Below, piece after piece: positions 9,021-19,238 of a stretch of 64,000 nt of DNA. This stretch comes from Nitrosopumilus sp. (GTDB taxonomy: Archaea > Thermoproteota > Nitrososphaeria > Nitrososphaerales > Nitrosopumilaceae): the NCBI GenBank assembly GCA_965207075.1, contig CBDBLO010000002.1, forward strand, positions 832,001-896,000. Direction: 5' to 3'. A model generated the notes under the pieces. The model saw only the letters and a program-made list of their open reading frames with translations. It did no database searches and was not told the origin of the DNA. The translations under genes and the position numbers were made by a program. Position 1 is the first letter of the stretch; each line of letters opens with the position of its first letter.

Positions 9021-11303
9021 CTATCCGTAGAACGTGTTGTTGTCACCTGCCGCTGGCGTAACGACGTTAGATATACCTTCCCTGACGGAGCCGTACCACC
9101 TCTCCATCTCCTCCGTGATGGAGGGGCCCGTCTGCTTGAGGGCGGCCTCAAAGTCGCTGCCCGATACGGTTTCCGAGCCGGACTTTATGGCGGACACTGC
9201 GGCCTCCCTGCAGAGCGCCGCCAGATCGGCGCCCGTATAGTTCTGGGTGGTGGCCGCAATCTCGTCCGTGTGCACGTCGCCGGCAAGGGGCATTCTGGAC
9301 GTCAGTATCTCTATTATCTTGCGGCGCCCCGCCTCGTCGGGAGGGGCCGCGTACAGTGACAGGTCGAGCCGGCCCGTCCTCAGGAGCGACCTGTCAAGCA
9401 TGTCGGGCCTGTTTGTTATTCCCATTACGACAACCCTCGGGGAGGCCCCCTCTATCTCCGTGAGGAGCTGGCTCAGCACCGTCTCGCCCGCGCCGGATGC
9501 GGGCTGGTCACTGCCGCCGTGGCCGCCCCCTGCCCCCGCGCCCCCGGCCGGGGATCTGTGCCGCGCAATCGAGTCGAGCTCGTCAAATATTATGACGCAC
9601 GGGGCCGACGACTTTGCCTTGCGGAATATCTCGCGGACGGCCTTTTCGGACTCGCCGACCCACTTTGAGAGTATCTCTGGGCCCCTCACCAGTATCATGT
9701 TTGCCCCCGTCTCGGCGGCGAGCGCCATGCCGAGCATCGTCTTGCCGCACCCTGGGGGCCCGTACACCAGGGCGCCCCTGGGGGCCCTGACGCCCATCTT
9801 TGTAAACCTGTCCGGATCCATCACGGCCGTCACCAGGTTGTCTGCAAGCGACTCCTTGACGTCGTCAAGCCCGCCGATGTCGCCCCACCTGATTGTGGGC
9901 CTTTCAACATAAAACTCCCTCATCGCGGTGGGCACGACCTCCTGCATCGCGTCATAAAAGTCGGCAAGCGTGACCTGCATGGAGCGCAGCACGTCGGTTG
10001 GGACCACCCCCTCCTTCTCCTTTCCCCCCTCCGACCCGGGGTCCGCCATGCCGGGCAGGTACCTCCTGATGGCCTTCATTGCGGCCTCCCTGCACAGCGA
10101 CTTTATGTCGGCCCCCGTATATCCGTGCAGCTGGGGCGCCAGCTTCTTGACGTCCAGGTCCGGCGCCATGGGCATGCCCCTTGTGTGTATGAGCAGTATC
10201 TCGTGCCGCCCGTCCTCGTTTGGGACGGATATCTCAAACTCCCTGTCAAACCTGCCGGGGCGCCTCAGGGCGGGGTCTACGCCGTCGGGCCTGTTGGTGG
10301 CGCCGAGCACCATCACGTTTCCCCTGTCGTTGAGCCCGTCCATCAGGGCCAGCAGCTGGGCCACTACGCGCTTCTCGACGTCCCCGCGTGACTCTTCACG
10401 CCTCGGGGCTATCGCGTCGATCTCGTCGATGAATATCATGCTCGGCGACGCGCCCTTTGCCTCCTCGAATATCTCCCTGAGCCTCGCCTCCGTGTCCCCG
10501 TAATACTTGGTGATGATCTCGGGGCCGTTTATCGTGAACATTTTTGCCCCCGACTCGCTTGCCAGCGCCTTTGCAAGCAGGGTCTTGCCGCATCCGGGCG
10601 GCCCGTACAGCAGTATGCCGCTGTGCGGCTCCACCCCCAGCATTGCGAATATCTCGGGGTGCCTGAGGGGAAGCTCGACTATCTCCCTCATGGATTTGAC
10701 CTCTTTTACCAGCCCTCCCACTCCGTCATATGTTACGTGCGTCCCCTCCCCGCTGTCGGGCTCTGCCGATACGGACACCTTGGTATCCTCTGATACCACG
10801 ACCGTTCCACGCGGCTGGGTGCCGGACACCCCGAACTCTCTGGGACTTCCGAGTATCATTACTGATATCTCGTCGCCGCCGACTACTGGAAGCCCCGTAA
10901 TCTTGCCCCTTACGAACTCGACAAAGTCGCTGTCCGTGCTGGTGATGCCGCCTCCGGCGCCGCTGCCACCGCCCCCGCCGCCGAGCGGCACGAGTGAGAC
11001 GGATCTTGCAGGCTGCGGCGCCGCCTTTGCTATGCGCACGGTCTCGCCTACTGCGGCCCCTGCATTCTTCCTTGTCTGGCCGTCTATCCTTACCACGTCT
11101 GCGCGCCTCTCGTCCTCGTCGGCAGGCCACGCGGCCGCGCAGCTCGTCCTTGAGCCTGTTATGGTTATGATGTCGCCGGGCTCCGCCCCTATGCTCTTCA
11201 TGGCGCTGGGATCCATCCTGGCGCGCCTCTTGCCTATGTCACGCTGCTTTGCCTCGCCGACGCGCAGCACCGAGTGCTGGCCGTCTTTGTCCTGGCGCGC
11301 CAA
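9021..11303 (-). CDS. cdc48: CDC48/VCP family AAA+ ATPase
   Basis: N-domain plus two AAA modules (GPPGCGKT twice, IFIDEID/IIFDELD, RRPGRFD). Confidence 0.95.
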   Translation of the reverse strand: MARQDKDGQHSVLRVGEAKQRDIGKRRARMDPSAMKSIGAEPGDIITITGSRTSCAAAWPADEDERRADVVRIDGQTRKNAGAAVGETVRIAKAAPQPARSVSLVPLGGGGGGSGAGGGITSTDSDFVEFVRGKITGLPVVGGDEISVMILGSPREFGVSGTQPRGTVVVSEDTKVSVSAEPDSGEGTHVTYDGVGGLVKEVKSMREIVELPLRHPEIFAMLGVEPHSGILLYGPPGCGKTLLAKALASESGAKMFTINGPEIITKYYGDTEARLREIFEEAKGASPSMIFIDEIDAIAPRREESRGDVEKRVVAQLLALMDGLNDRGNVMVLGATNRPDGVDPALRRPGRFDREFEISVPNEDGRHEILLIHTRGMPMAPDLDVKKLAPQLHGYTGADIKSLCREAAMKAIRRYLPGMADPGSEGGKEKEGVVPTDVLRSMQVTLADFYDAMQEVVPTAMREFYVERPTIRWGDIGGLDDVKESLADNLVTAVMDPDRFTKMGVRAPRGALVYGPPGCGKTMLGMALAAETGANMILVRGPEILSKWVGESEKAVREIFRKAKSSAPCVIIFDELDSIARHRSPAGGAGAGGGHGGSDQPASGAGETVLSQLLTEIEGASPRVVVMGITNRPDMLDRSLLRTGRLDLSLYAAPPDEAGRRKIIEILTSRMPLAGDVHTDEIAATTQNYTGADLAALCREAAVSAIKSGSETVSGSDFEAALKQTGPSITEEMERWYGSVREGISNVVTPAAGDNNTFYG

Positions 11304-11319
11304 GCGGACCCACCATCCG

Positions 11320-11601
11320 TCACTTGACGTCCACTGACATCCTGCTCATGTTGAGGACTTCGAACTCGCTGACGCCCTTTGCGCCCCTGACTGACTCCTC
11401 AAGCGAGTCCATCTGCCCCTCCTTGTCGTCTAGGACGAATTCTGCCTTTAGAAAGTGCAGTCCGAACGCAAGCGGCTCCTTTTCGTACCTCCTCAGGGTT
11501 ATTCCCTCCTTTAGCGCGGACTGGATGGATCGGGCCGTCTCGTCGAGATCCACATCCGTCCCTTCTGGAAGTATCTTTGTGATTAGTAATAGCTGTGCCA
11601 T
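11320..11601 (-). CDS. ef1b: Elongation factor 1-beta
   Basis: [12 protein letters not shown]...EPLAFGL. Confidence 0.9.
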   Translation of the reverse strand: MAQLLLITKILPEGTDVDLDETARSIQSALKEGITLRRYEKEPLAFGLHFLKAEFVLDDKEGQMDSLEESVRGAKGVSEFEVLNMSRMSVDVK

Positions 11602-11626
11602 GCGCCGTCGCTGCTCCTTTCCCCGG

Positions 11627-11809
11627 TCATGGCCCCTCAAAGCCGCACTCGGAACACTTGTAGCTTCTTGCAGCCTCCCTGCAGCTCTGGCACCTCCATA
11701 TCAGAGTGGCGCCGCAGCTGGGGCAGTTGAACTTTACACACTTGTCGTTTGGCATTATGTGCCTGAGACAGCAGCTGCACTCTGGCAGCGATATCGTGGA
11801 CGAGGACAA
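11627..11809 (-). CDS. Zn-ribbon protein (DUF1610/HVO_2753-like)
   Basis: [19 protein letters not shown]...[11 protein letters not shown]; typical neighbour of EF-1beta. Confidence 0.85.
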   Translation of the reverse strand: MSSSTISLPECSCCLRHIMPNDKCVKFNCPSCGATLIWRCQSCREAARSYKCSECGFEGP

Positions 11810-11945
11810 TGGCGCGATTCCCAAAAAACATCATTTATACCTTTATTATCGGATCTGATCAGGCTGGGGAGAGGGGGAAGGAAGGCTTGACACACGCAGG
11901 GCCGTTGTTACTGTCATTGACGTCTCCGTTGCCACCACCACTGTA

Positions 11946-13157
11946 CTACTGGCCCGGGATCAGCCTTCTGAGCTCCGCGCCCAGCATGCTTCCGGCCGCC
12001 CTTGCCGTTCCCGCAGCGCCAAGCAGCTTTATGATGCCTGAGACGTGAAAGTCAAAATCATCCTCCGCCGATACCTCTCTGAGCGCATCTGGCGAGACCC
12101 GCCTTATCACGTCGTTTATGGCCCCGTTGTCCGCCCTCTCAAGTATCCTTCTTGCAATCGACTGCCTCTCAAACTCGCCGCCAAACCGCCTGTACCATGC
12201 GACGCGGTACGAGTCGCCGAGCTCGTCCATGTCCTGCGTGCCGCCATCCCCGTTATCCAGATGCTTGGATATGGCGCGCCCCGCAAGGATGCCGCCCATG
12301 CCGCTTGAGAATATGCCGCCCGCAGTGGTCGGCTTTGCCTGTCCTGCCGCGTCCCCGACTGTTATGATACCGCTGCCGGCGTCGTGAAACCTCTTGATCG
12401 GGCCCTTTATCCAGATCGGGGCAAATATCTTCCTGATTATGCAGCATCCGCGGCCGTTGCCCCCGCCCCTGTCCGCAAGAAACGATTCGAGCGCTGCGGC
12501 CGCGTTGATCCCCCTTCCCGCCGCGCCGACGCGCCCCCTTCCGCGCCCGGACGGTATGACCCACGCAAAGAACCCGGGATACTTTAACCGATCCGGCAGC
12601 ACCTCCACCCTCCCGTCCTCTATCCAGTCGGCATACACCTCATACTGCGCAGACGGGATGATTCCGTCCCTGTCCCTCTGGGCAAGCGACGCGGCCCCCC
12701 GCGCGTCCACCATTATCCTGCAGTTTATGATATTGGCATCGGCGGCGCCTCCGGCCCCGCTGATCCTGACCCCCTCCCGCGTCCTCTCGTGCAGGCTCGT
12801 CCTGATCATTATGTCGGCCCCCGCCCTCTGGGCCTGGTGCGCCGCCTGCTTGTCAAGCTCCCTCCTGCTTACGCACAGCACGTTCTGCCTCTTGGCGTCG
12901 ATTGTAATGTGGGCGCCGTCCGGCGATGTGATGCGGGCCCTCTCGACGCGGTGCATTAACGTGCCCCCGAACGGTATCATTCCTAGCTCCTCGAGGCCCC
13001 TGCTGCTTACCAGCCCGCCGCAGTGCTCCGGCGTGCCTATCTCATAGTCCTCCTCCACCACCAGCACGGAGTGCCCGCCTGCCGCAATCTCCCTTGCGCA
13101 GAGCAGTCCGGATATGCTGCCTCCTGCAACCACCACGTCGTATGGGGTGTCGCGCAT
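11946..13157 (-). CDS. Geranylgeranyl reductase family FAD oxidoreductase
   Basis: YDVVVAGGSISG, PEHCGG, GFFAWVIP, VGDAAGQAKPTTAGGI. Confidence 0.85.
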   Translation of the reverse strand: MRDTPYDVVVAGGSISGLLCAREIAAGGHSVLVVEEDYEIGTPEHCGGLVSSRGLEELGMIPFGGTLMHRVERARITSPDGAHITIDAKRQNVLCVSRRELDKQAAHQAQRAGADIMIRTSLHERTREGVRISGAGGAADANIINCRIMVDARGAASLAQRDRDGIIPSAQYEVYADWIEDGRVEVLPDRLKYPGFFAWVIPSGRGRGRVGAAGRGINAAAALESFLADRGGGNGRGCCIIRKIFAPIWIKGPIKRFHDAGSGIITVGDAAGQAKPTTAGGIFSSGMGGILAGRAISKHLDNGDGGTQDMDELGDSYRVAWYRRFGGEFERQSIARRILERADNGAINDVIRRVSPDALREVSAEDDFDFHVSGIIKLLGAAGTARAAGSMLGAELRRLIPGQ

Positions 13158-13441
13158 GGACGTGAGCCCGCATCCAATTATTTAACTGCTAGAACCGGTT
13201 CGGCGGCAGTTGCATGTCCGGGCTGGGCAGGAAGAGGGTTGGGGGCTGCGGGGATCATACACAAAATAGGCTTTGTATGGGACGCGCGCGTATAGCATAC
13301 GTGGCTGTCTGAACGCCTATACAGGGCATCAAGCAGCGCCTTGACGGCCCCGACGTCTCCTAGGGGACTTGGCGTGTCCGGCGTTCGGCCCCGCCTGCTG
13401 CGATTGCAAATGTTTTTGACGCTCCGCCTGTGTGTCACGTC

Positions 13442-13801
13442 ATGGGCGGCGAGATAAAGCAGGTGGTTGTAATGAGGACGGATCTCAAGATGGGCCGCGG
13501 CAAGATGGCCGCCCAGGCTGGGCACGCCTTTGTGATGGGCGCCGAGCGCGTAAGGCTGACGCACCCTGACTGGTACGCGGACTGGTGGGACGGCGGGCAG
13601 AAGAAGATCGTGTTAAAGGCCCCTGGACTTGAGAGTCTCCGCGGCCTGAAGATGGATGCAGTACGCGCCGGACTGCCGTACGCCGAGGTATCGGACGCCG
13701 GCCACACCCAGCTTGATCCCGGTACCGTCACCTGCATGTCGGTGGGCCCCGCGCCTGAGAGTGCCGTCGACAGAATAACCGGGGATCTCAAGCTGCTATG
13801 A
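13442..13801 (+). CDS. pth2: Peptidyl-tRNA hydrolase Pth2
   Basis: KQVVVMRTDLKMGRGKMAAQAGHA, DAGHTQ..PGTVT, ITGDLKLL. Confidence 0.95.
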   Translation: MGGEIKQVVVMRTDLKMGRGKMAAQAGHAFVMGAERVRLTHPDWYADWWDGGQKKIVLKAPGLESLRGLKMDAVRAGLPYAEVSDAGHTQLDPGTVTCMSVGPAPESAVDRITGDLKLL

Positions 13802-13948
13802 GCATTGTGTGGCCGGGTTCACACATGCCGCCGCCTGTCACTTGCCACGGCCGTGCCATACTTGCCTGTCTGCATCCGCGTCTTCCGGGCGCCCCGCCGG
13901 CCGTTCGTTCATAGAGAGAGATATTAACGGTGTCGCGATACTGCTGGC

Positions 13949-15679
13949 ATGAAGCAGCGCGCCAAAGGCCTCTTTGCAGTTGTGTTTCTTGGGGGGATAC
14001 TGATCACGTCGCTTGTGGTAATTGCCATACCTGGACTGGAGCCGACCGAGCGTGGCATGGATCCCCTCGTGCCGTCGGGCGCGGACTCTGACCGTGACTA
14101 TTCTGCAAACTATGACGAGGCCGATCGGGTTATGTACTGCGGCACGGGGCTGCCGCCGCTGTCGACTGCATACATCCGCGAGTTTGCAATCCCGACAGAA
14201 TGCACCAACCCGCTTGCCATTGCCGTGGACTATGACGGGAACCCGTGGTTTGCCGAGTCCAACACGGGCAGGGTGGCGACGTTTGACCTGGAGACCGAGA
14301 CGTTCACAGAGTATCCTAACCCCTCCTGGCCTGAGGGCGCAGTCTCCATGATGTGGGGAATGGACCACGCGCCCGACGGGATGGTCTGGTTTACTGACGA
14401 TGCGTCAGACTCGATGTGGGTGTTCCACCCGATAACCGGGCAGTACGGCCGGATCCCCGTGCCCGCAGTGGTGTCGGATCCGCTGCCGCAGCGGCTGGTC
14501 GTGGACGGCTCCCAGATTGTGGTGAACGACTTTTACGGGAACATGCTCGTGTTCTTGGATCCCAGCCAGCCTGACAAGTTCTTGGTGGCGCCGTCACCGA
14601 TAGACGGGACGGTTACGGCCGGCTTTGTCCCGGACGCGAACGGGTATATCTGGTATACCGCGTGGGACGGGAGGCCGGGGGGAGACGGCTATCTGGTCAG
14701 GTTTGATCACGGCAGGTACGTGGACGTCGCTGCGACGACGGGGCAGGCGTACCTGCCGCCAATCGACTTTGTGGATCTGATCGAGCTTCCCCCGACCGTC
14801 CAGACCCCCAACGGGATTGCGATATCCGGCGACGGCGGCATATGGCTTGCAGACACCACGTCGTCGTCCGTGTTTGAGTTTGATCCTTCAATGGGGCTCT
14901 TCACGCAGTATGTGACCGCATCGCCAACAGAGTCGACGTACGGAAACAAGACAGGGGTGATAAAATCCCCCCTGTCGCGCCCGTACTGGATGACCTCGGA
15001 TGATGCGGGACGCTTGGTGTTCAACTCACAGCTGTCAAACAACATCTCGGTCTTGGATCCCGTACAGCAGAAGATTGTAGAGTACCACGTGCCGTCAAAG
15101 AATCCGTACTGGACCGACTGCGTGGGGGCGCCCGGCGATGGGGGTGACGCCGGGGCCGCCATAACCCCCCAGTCCGGGGCAAACCCGGACGCGGCAGGTG
15201 GTATGGCGCCTGAGAGGTGCGGCGTTGCACAAGTCTTTGACTTTGACGTGCACGGGGACAGGATATGGTTTACAGAGTGGGCCGAGAACAAGATAGGGGT
15301 GGTGGACACCTCGGTTCCGGTGCCCTTTGACGTGGAACCGTCGACGCCCTACGTCTCTGCCACCCTGGGCGGAATCGCAAGCGTGACGTTTGACGTTACG
15401 GGCCCCTCCACAGGCAGTGGCGACCCGTCCGCGCAGATCGAGCCGTTTGCGGTGTCCGGCAGCCCGCATGTTCTTGTCACCATGCTGGCGGATGCGGGGG
15501 CGCAAGACGACATCATAGGCTACGGGGGCGACGACCAGGCATACGCCGCGAAGCTGTCGGACATTCCGGTCGTGATCGCCGTCACCGGTGACGCGCCAAG
15601 CGGGATATACAAGGTTCTCTTGGGCGCCCAGGCGCCCGACGTATCGGTGGGTAGGTTCGTCACAGTGATTGTACAGTGA
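13949..15679 (+). CDS. Exported Vgb/streptogramin-lyase-like beta-propeller protein
   Basis: N-terminal TM/signal; repeated P.xI..D.DG..WFTE blades. Confidence 0.75.
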   Translation: MKQRAKGLFAVVFLGGILITSLVVIAIPGLEPTERGMDPLVPSGADSDRDYSANYDEADRVMYCGTGLPPLSTAYIREFAIPTECTNPLAIAVDYDGNPWFAESNTGRVATFDLETETFTEYPNPSWPEGAVSMMWGMDHAPDGMVWFTDDASDSMWVFHPITGQYGRIPVPAVVSDPLPQRLVVDGSQIVVNDFYGNMLVFLDPSQPDKFLVAPSPIDGTVTAGFVPDANGYIWYTAWDGRPGGDGYLVRFDHGRYVDVAATTGQAYLPPIDFVDLIELPPTVQTPNGIAISGDGGIWLADTTSSSVFEFDPSMGLFTQYVTASPTESTYGNKTGVIKSPLSRPYWMTSDDAGRLVFNSQLSNNISVLDPVQQKIVEYHVPSKNPYWTDCVGAPGDGGDAGAAITPQSGANPDAAGGMAPERCGVAQVFDFDVHGDRIWFTEWAENKIGVVDTSVPVPFDVEPSTPYVSATLGGIASVTFDVTGPSTGSGDPSAQIEPFAVSGSPHVLVTMLADAGAQDDIIGYGGDDQAYAAKLSDIPVVIAVTGDAPSGIYKVLLGAQAPDVSVGRFVTVIVQ

Positions 15680-17082
15680 GCGGCACAGTTCCAGAGATCG
15701 ATCGCACGATTGGGATAGGCGTGTATGCCACGCCGTTTCCCGGGCTCGGCCGCGGGTATGGCATACGGGCGACGCCGGATGACTTTGCAGTGTCGGAGAT
15801 ATTGTCGCCGGCCGCCCTCAGGATGATACGCGACCCCGGCGCCGGCGGCAACGGCAACGCGGACGCAGACGCGTCTGCGAAAGGCAAGGGGTACGCAGTG
15901 TACGTGCTCCGCAAGAGGGGCATCGACACCGCGCACGCGCTCGGCGCCATACGCAAGATGACGGGCGCCAAACTAAAGCCCCTGGGGCTCAAGGACGCGT
16001 CGGCTACAACTACGCAGTATGTCTGCTCGACTGGGGCCGCGGGGAGGAGGCTCCGTGACATCAGCGCCTCGAGGTTCGGCCTGGCGTTTGCCGGCTATGC
16101 AAAGAGGCCACTTACAAAAAGACAGATGCTTGGAAACGGGTTCCGCATACGGATATCCGGTGACTGGGGCGGCCCCGGCGGCGGCAGCAGCAGGGATGCT
16201 ACTGCAGCGACAACCGCGCCTGACCCGTCCGGTTTTGTGACGTATGCGGACTCGGTCCCAAACTTTTACGGATATCAGAGGTTCGGCTCGGGGCGCCCCG
16301 TAACACACATGGTCGGCAGGGCCCTCACAATGGGTGACTATGGCGAGGCCGTGCGCCTGATCCTGGAGTATGCGTCGCCGTACGACACTCGGGAGCGCAG
16401 GGAGGTGCGGGAGAACCTTGCAGACCCGGCGTTGTACGCGCAGTCGGCGCGGCGGCTGCCGCCGGGCATGGACACAGAAAAAACCGTACTGGAGGGACTG
16501 GCCATGCACGGCGACCCTCTCCGCGCCCTCCGCGCTGTTCCGCTTCTGCTGCGCAGGTTGTATGTAAGCGCATACCAGTCGTATGTATTCAACCGCACCC
16601 TGAGCGCGGCCATTGTTGCAGGCGAGAGCCTCCTGGATCCCAAACCCGGCGACGTCTGTTTTGACAGGAACGGCAATCTTCACAAGTATGACGGGACCGC
16701 GTATACGACGGCGACGGCGACGGCGGGATCCGGGGGAGAAAACGGCCGGGAGGCCGACGCGCATGGCGGCCTCGTACGGGTGCGCAACGACGCGGTGGCG
16801 ATACCAGTCGTCGGTTATTCATACTATTCAAAGACGCGGTTTGCGCCATACGTGTCAGATGTGCTCATGGACGAGGGAGTAAAGCCGCGCGCCTTCTTCC
16901 TAAACGAGATGCAGGAGGCAAGCGGCGAGGGCGGGTTCCGGGATGCCGTACTCCAGTGCTCTGGTTATGCATGGCATGATGACACCAAGACCGTGGAGTT
17001 CTCACTTGCCCGGGGCTCTTTTGCAACGATGCTGCTCCGGGAGCTGATAAAGCCGCCAAACCCCATATCCGCGGGGTTCTAG
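15676..17082 (+). CDS. truD: tRNA pseudouridine(13) synthase TruD
   Basis: PDDFAVSE, GLKDA.ATTTQ, GNGFRI, PNFYGYQRFG, SAYQSYVFN, FSLARGSFAT.LLREL. Confidence 0.93.
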   Translation: MSGTVPEIDRTIGIGVYATPFPGLGRGYGIRATPDDFAVSEILSPAALRMIRDPGAGGNGNADADASAKGKGYAVYVLRKRGIDTAHALGAIRKMTGAKLKPLGLKDASATTTQYVCSTGAAGRRLRDISASRFGLAFAGYAKRPLTKRQMLGNGFRIRISGDWGGPGGGSSRDATAATTAPDPSGFVTYADSVPNFYGYQRFGSGRPVTHMVGRALTMGDYGEAVRLILEYASPYDTRERREVRENLADPALYAQSARRLPPGMDTEKTVLEGLAMHGDPLRALRAVPLLLRRLYVSAYQSYVFNRTLSAAIVAGESLLDPKPGDVCFDRNGNLHKYDGTAYTTATATAGSGGENGREADAHGGLVRVRNDAVAIPVVGYSYYSKTRFAPYVSDVLMDEGVKPRAFFLNEMQEASGEGGFRDAVLQCSGYAWHDDTKTVEFSLARGSFATMLLRELIKPPNPISAGF

Positions 17083-17152
17083 GCTTTGGACTTCCGTTAC
17101 TGCTGCCGTTGCCGCCGGTTTTGCCGTTGTCAGGCTACACGCGCATGCCTGT

Positions 17153-17398
17153 CTATTTCTGCCCGGACTGTTCTTGTTGCCGCGTCCCGCGCATGAAAAG
17201 TGCGGCAAGGCACAGCCCGGCGCCTCCCAGCATTATGGCCTTGCCGTTTGTATACCATTCTGGATTCTTGTACATAAACGACGATTCGGGCCCGATCGTT
17301 CCCTCACTCTGCAGCAGAAATGCAAATCCCGTCACGAGCATTGCTATCCCCGAGTACATCATCGCCTTTCTGGCGATGCCTGTTGCCTTATTTGCCAT
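17153..17398 (-). CDS. Small two-TM membrane protein
   Basis: Two hydrophobic helices flanking GPESSFMY.NPEW. Confidence 0.65.
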   Translation of the reverse strand: MANKATGIARKAMMYSGIAMLVTGFAFLLQSEGTIGPESSFMYKNPEWYTNGKAIMLGGAGLCLAALFMRGTRQQEQSGQK

Positions 17399-17529
17399 GC
17401 CCGTCCTTGGCACGGGGGAGCGGGGGAATAAAAGGATGCCCTGAGTCCAGCCTTGGCCGTCCGCGTGTATGGCATTTCTTCCTGATAGATCACGCCTGCC
17501 CGGAGCATCGCGCGGGGCGGTGCGCCCCC

Positions 17530-17778
17530 TCACTCGTCCAAGTCGACATAGATGCCAGATATGGCGTTGTTGATCCTGTCGTGGTACTTTTCGCATCCCT
17601 CGGTTCTAAAGTCGTTGGCCTTGCATTCGTTGAAGTGTATGGTGCTATCCCTCTGCATGTTGTCGGCAAACAGCACGTCTGAGCCTATTGCAAGCGCCAA
17701 GAGGCCGATTGCAGCGAGGCTTGCAGAGACTACGATCATGGCATGTCCAACCTTGGCGTGGTTGTGGGGATTGCTCAT
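17530..17778 (-). CDS. Small membrane-anchored hypothetical protein
   Basis: One TM helix followed by C..NDF...GC. Confidence 0.6.
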   Translation of the reverse strand: MSNPHNHAKVGHAMIVVSASLAAIGLLALAIGSDVLFADNMQRDSTIHFNECKANDFRTEGCEKYHDRINNAISGIYVDLDE

Positions 17779-18071
17779 CTGCTGTGCGCCTCCGATCCTC
17801 GAATTTAATCCTTTCAAGGTCAATAATGCCGGCCTCGGTTTGATCCCGTTAAGTCACCCCTCCGGGCATCGGGACTGACGCGACGTGATGGTTCCGTCCG
17901 TTCTCGTGAAATTTACGCGGCATGTGACGATCCTACAAGTGCGGCATGGCCTTGAAGTAGGTTGGCGTGACTTGCAGGGATGTACCCCGAGTATCCGTCC
18001 CACACCTCTGGTAATCTCCGCATGTGTGTGGCGCGGGAAACAGTGAAAAACCTGTGCCGCCTGTTGATGGC

Positions 18072-18698
18072 ATGGGCATACAGATACTGCAGTACGAATT
18101 CCTGGGGCCCGTGCCGCTCTCCGAGTGGGGGCCTCCGATGGGCGAGATCCTGTATGCAGTCCTGTCGAGGGACCGTGACCGTTTTAACATGCTGCATGTG
18201 GGTGATTGTGAACATACTGACGACAAGGCTTTCTTCATACAGCACGAGCAGTTCAAGTGCTGGGTTGAGAAGGCAGGCTCTGATTCGGCACTGTATCTGG
18301 CCGTATTTCCAATGAAAGATTCTGGCGTGCAGCGGCGCCGGGCCGTATTGCAGCGCATCATCCGCAGCTATAAGCCGCCGTGCAATCCCGCCGCCGACCT
18401 GCCTGAGCAAAAACCCAGCTATAACGTGCGCCGGACCGATGCCACTGATGCCGGCGGCGACAATGGCGGCGACAATGGCAGCCCTGAAATGGCCGAGTCT
18501 GTCCCGTCCGAGCCTGCGGATCCGCCACCCCCGACAAAAGACGCCACTGATGCCGCGCCATCCGAACCAAACTCCTCGCGGGACGCGATCTTATGCCCGT
18601 GCTGCGGCTCTGGCATGGATCTGGAAAAGAGGATCGGTTCCAACTCTGCTCTGTACCGGTGCGCCGGCTGCAACATGAGCGAGACGCGCCTGGATTGA
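18072..18698 (+). CDS. Hypothetical protein, GIY-YIG-like N-domain plus C-terminal zinc ribbon
   Basis: ILYAVL...LHVG...YKPPCN resembles a degenerate GIY-YIG fold; CPCCG...YRCAGC at C-terminus. Confidence 0.55.
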   Translation: MGIQILQYEFLGPVPLSEWGPPMGEILYAVLSRDRDRFNMLHVGDCEHTDDKAFFIQHEQFKCWVEKAGSDSALYLAVFPMKDSGVQRRRAVLQRIIRSYKPPCNPAADLPEQKPSYNVRRTDATDAGGDNGGDNGSPEMAESVPSEPADPPPPTKDATDAAPSEPNSSRDAILCPCCGSGMDLEKRIGSNSALYRCAGCNMSETRLD

Positions 18699-18722
18699 CG
18701 ACGTCCCACGCGTTGGACGCGA

Positions 18723-18989
18723 TCAGTTCTGGCCGGCGCCAGAGGCCTGCTTGCTTACTTGGTTCTGCACCTTGAATATCTGCTCCAGCGTTATGTCCAT
18801 GGCCTTTTTGAGGTGGTCAAACTCCCTGACAGAGTGCATCTGCCCCTCCACTAGCATCCTCATTATCCTTACCGTATCCTTTTGAAGTTCGTCTGAGGCA
18901 ACTATCTCCATGGCGTTGAGCCTTGAGAGCGTGTTGTCCATCTCCTTTAGCATCTCCTCTGAAGGCTTGTGGTTCCCGTGCGGCGTCAC
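18723..18989 (-). CDS. Conserved hypothetical helical protein
   Basis: Clean ORF with host-like codon usage. Confidence 0.6.
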   Translation of the reverse strand: MTPHGNHKPSEEMLKEMDNTLSRLNAMEIVASDELQKDTVRIMRMLVEGQMHSVREFDHLKKAMDITLEQIFKVQNQVSKQASGAGQN

Positions 18990-19046
18990 TTCATTCTGCC
19001 CCCTGCATTTTCCATGGGCCGGCGCACCTCCGCCGTTAATATGAAC

Positions 19047-19238
19047 TTACACTAGCTCCTCGTCTATCTCCCCTATGGGATCGACGTACTCCTTGCACCT
19101 GCATGCGGGGACGACGCAGCTGCCCGCCTTCAGAAGCGAGTCGCTGTTGTCGTCGTCCTTGTGGGCTTCGTGCGTGTGGTGGCATTCCTTACAGTTCGTG
19201 GCGCCGACATCTCCTTTCTGCCAAGAGCATGATCTCCG
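19047..19238 (-). CDS. Small Cys/His-rich putative zinc-binding protein lacking a canonical start codon
   Basis: Own translation ...VGATNCKECHHTHEAHKDDDNSDSLLKAGSCVVPACRCKEYVDPIGEIDEELV*; in frame with the upstream ADH stop; not in the ORF track. Confidence 0.55.
   Translation of the reverse strand, partial: RRSCSWQKGDVGATNCKECHHTHEAHKDDDNSDSLLKAGSCVVPACRCKEYVDPIGEIDEELV

Noticed and set aside
13160-13440. tRNA or structured RNA in intergenic gaps (also 17830-18020 and 56820-57140)
   Set aside because: No cloverleaf, T-loop consensus or convincing long stem found by eye
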